DNA of 64,000 bases from Mobula hypostoma (taxonomy: Eukaryota): contig NC_086097.1 in NCBI RefSeq assembly GCF_963921235.1, positions 246,948,001-247,012,000 on the forward strand, written 5' to 3'. How positions within the stretch are numbered: position 1 is the stretch's first letter; each line of letters begins with the position of its first letter. The notes under the pieces were generated by a model. That model had not been told where the DNA came from and did no database searches. It was given only the letters and a program-made list of their open reading frames with translations. The position numbers and the translations under genes are program-made. Below, one piece after another: positions 62,632-64,000 of this stretch.

Positions 62632-64000
62632 ATCACCAGATTCAGTTTTTCCAGTGATCTGATCTCAAATTAAGTCACCCAGCCACGTTCAACAAGATTA
62701 CAATGACCCAAAACAGACAAAGCAAATGCATTAAGAATAAACTGGATGTGGAGAGGATGTTTCCTGTTGTGGGGGAGTCTTAGACCAGAGGGCACAGCCT
62801 CAGAATACAATGACGTCCCTTTAGAACAGAGATGAGGAGGGATTTCTTTAGCCAGAAGGGTTGTGAATCTTAAGAGACAAATGTCCTGGATTAAATTGTT
62901 TTGGAATGAGCCAGACCAGTAAACCAAAGCAAGGAACCTGAATGCTTGTTCAATCTTTATGAACTTTCTATAATACTATATTATATAATGAACAGGTCAT
63001 TCAGATAGGAGTCTCAGCTTAATTCTTACTTTATCGTAACAATATATTCACCAATAAATTCAAATAAAAGCAATTTACGCTGACACCATTACAACCAATA
63101 ATCGCCACGCTTTTCCACAAAAACAATGAAGAGGTGACACATTCTGCAGCTTCCTGGTGCCTAGATTCATTTTTTGGGTGTGGTGCTTATTCTAACTTGC
63201 AACTGAATAACAACCATACCGTCTCTCACACACACATACAAAAAGTTTACAGCCTGAAGTTAAAAGCTTCCTCAAATCAGGTTAACGCCCATGCAACAGT
63301 GTTTACAAATAAAGTTGCCTGTAACAAAGAATACCACGACCAAGGTGTTGCTAGAAATCAAGTTAGGGCCACTGAACTGCAGGAGCAGCACCAGTTCAGC
63401 TTCAAATCAACACTGCGATATCACAATGTTTTAAAATACTTGTTCAGACAAGTTAAACACGACAGAAATCCTTTTCCCTCACTGTGAACAAACTGCTGTA
63501 TTTCAAATTACACAGAGGAAGAGAAAGCCTTGCTTTAATGAACAGCGATATGGACAAGAGTACAGTATCGTTTTGTTAAACTTTACCTTAAACAGACACA
63601 TTAAACAGGCAGCCAGGGATCCCAACCACAATATGCAATTAAAAGGGATGAGTCAGTCAGGCATACCACAATGTATTATGAATGCTGTCTCAACAAGTCA
63701 GGCTTTACCAATCAAGCAGTTCTATCGGCTCATTACCCCATTTCATTCTGGAGCACAGAATGACTGGGGAAAATGACATTCAATGATGGAATCATGTCAG
63801 AGATCACCACCACCCAGGTCATGCTCAATTCTCGCTGCTGCCATCAGGCAGAAGGTACAGGAGCCTCAGGACTCACACCATCAGGTTCAAGAACAGTTAC
63901 TACCCCTCATCCATCAGGCTCTTGAACAAAAGGGGATAATGTGCTGGAGCTTTTGGAAAGCATCAAGTTGAATAAGTCACCGGGACCGGATAAGATATAC

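Overview
Vertebrate genomic DNA, most likely a cartilaginous fish such as a ray (inferred from the repeat repertoire: CR1 LINEs, HE1/V-type SINEs, Penelope-like elements). One host gene is present: RALA on the minus strand, with four coding exons (50601-50488, 48590-48382, 43830-43656, 41273-41151), canonical GT-AG introns and a 206-aa product ending in CCIL. It is followed by a ~3 kb repeat-poor putative 3' UTR. The non-coding first exon and promoter were not found. The rest is a dense, nested transposon landscape: old and young CR1 LINEs (one full length with tandem 5' monomers), Rex1/Babar-type LINEs, an L1-clade LINE, a Helitron with both termini, Charlie-type hAT, Tigger-like elements, tRNA-derived SINEs, a probable solo LTR and many Penelope-like fragments. 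The most notable signals: (1) minimal hammerhead-ribozyme cores in Penelope-like terminal repeats, one with an intact core on the RALA pre-mRNA strand; (2) TSD-bounded inverted-repeat hairpins next to two RALA splice donors, plus a reverse-complementary pair flanking the first two coding exons; (3) a Helitron carrying 23-aa STPR-like repeats joined to the helicase after loss of Rep; (4) a clear templated-insertion repair scar inside a CR1; (5) shared diagnostic variants among inverted young CR1 copies. These are instances of known classes; I see no evidence of a wholly new system. Boundaries of old repeats are approximate.
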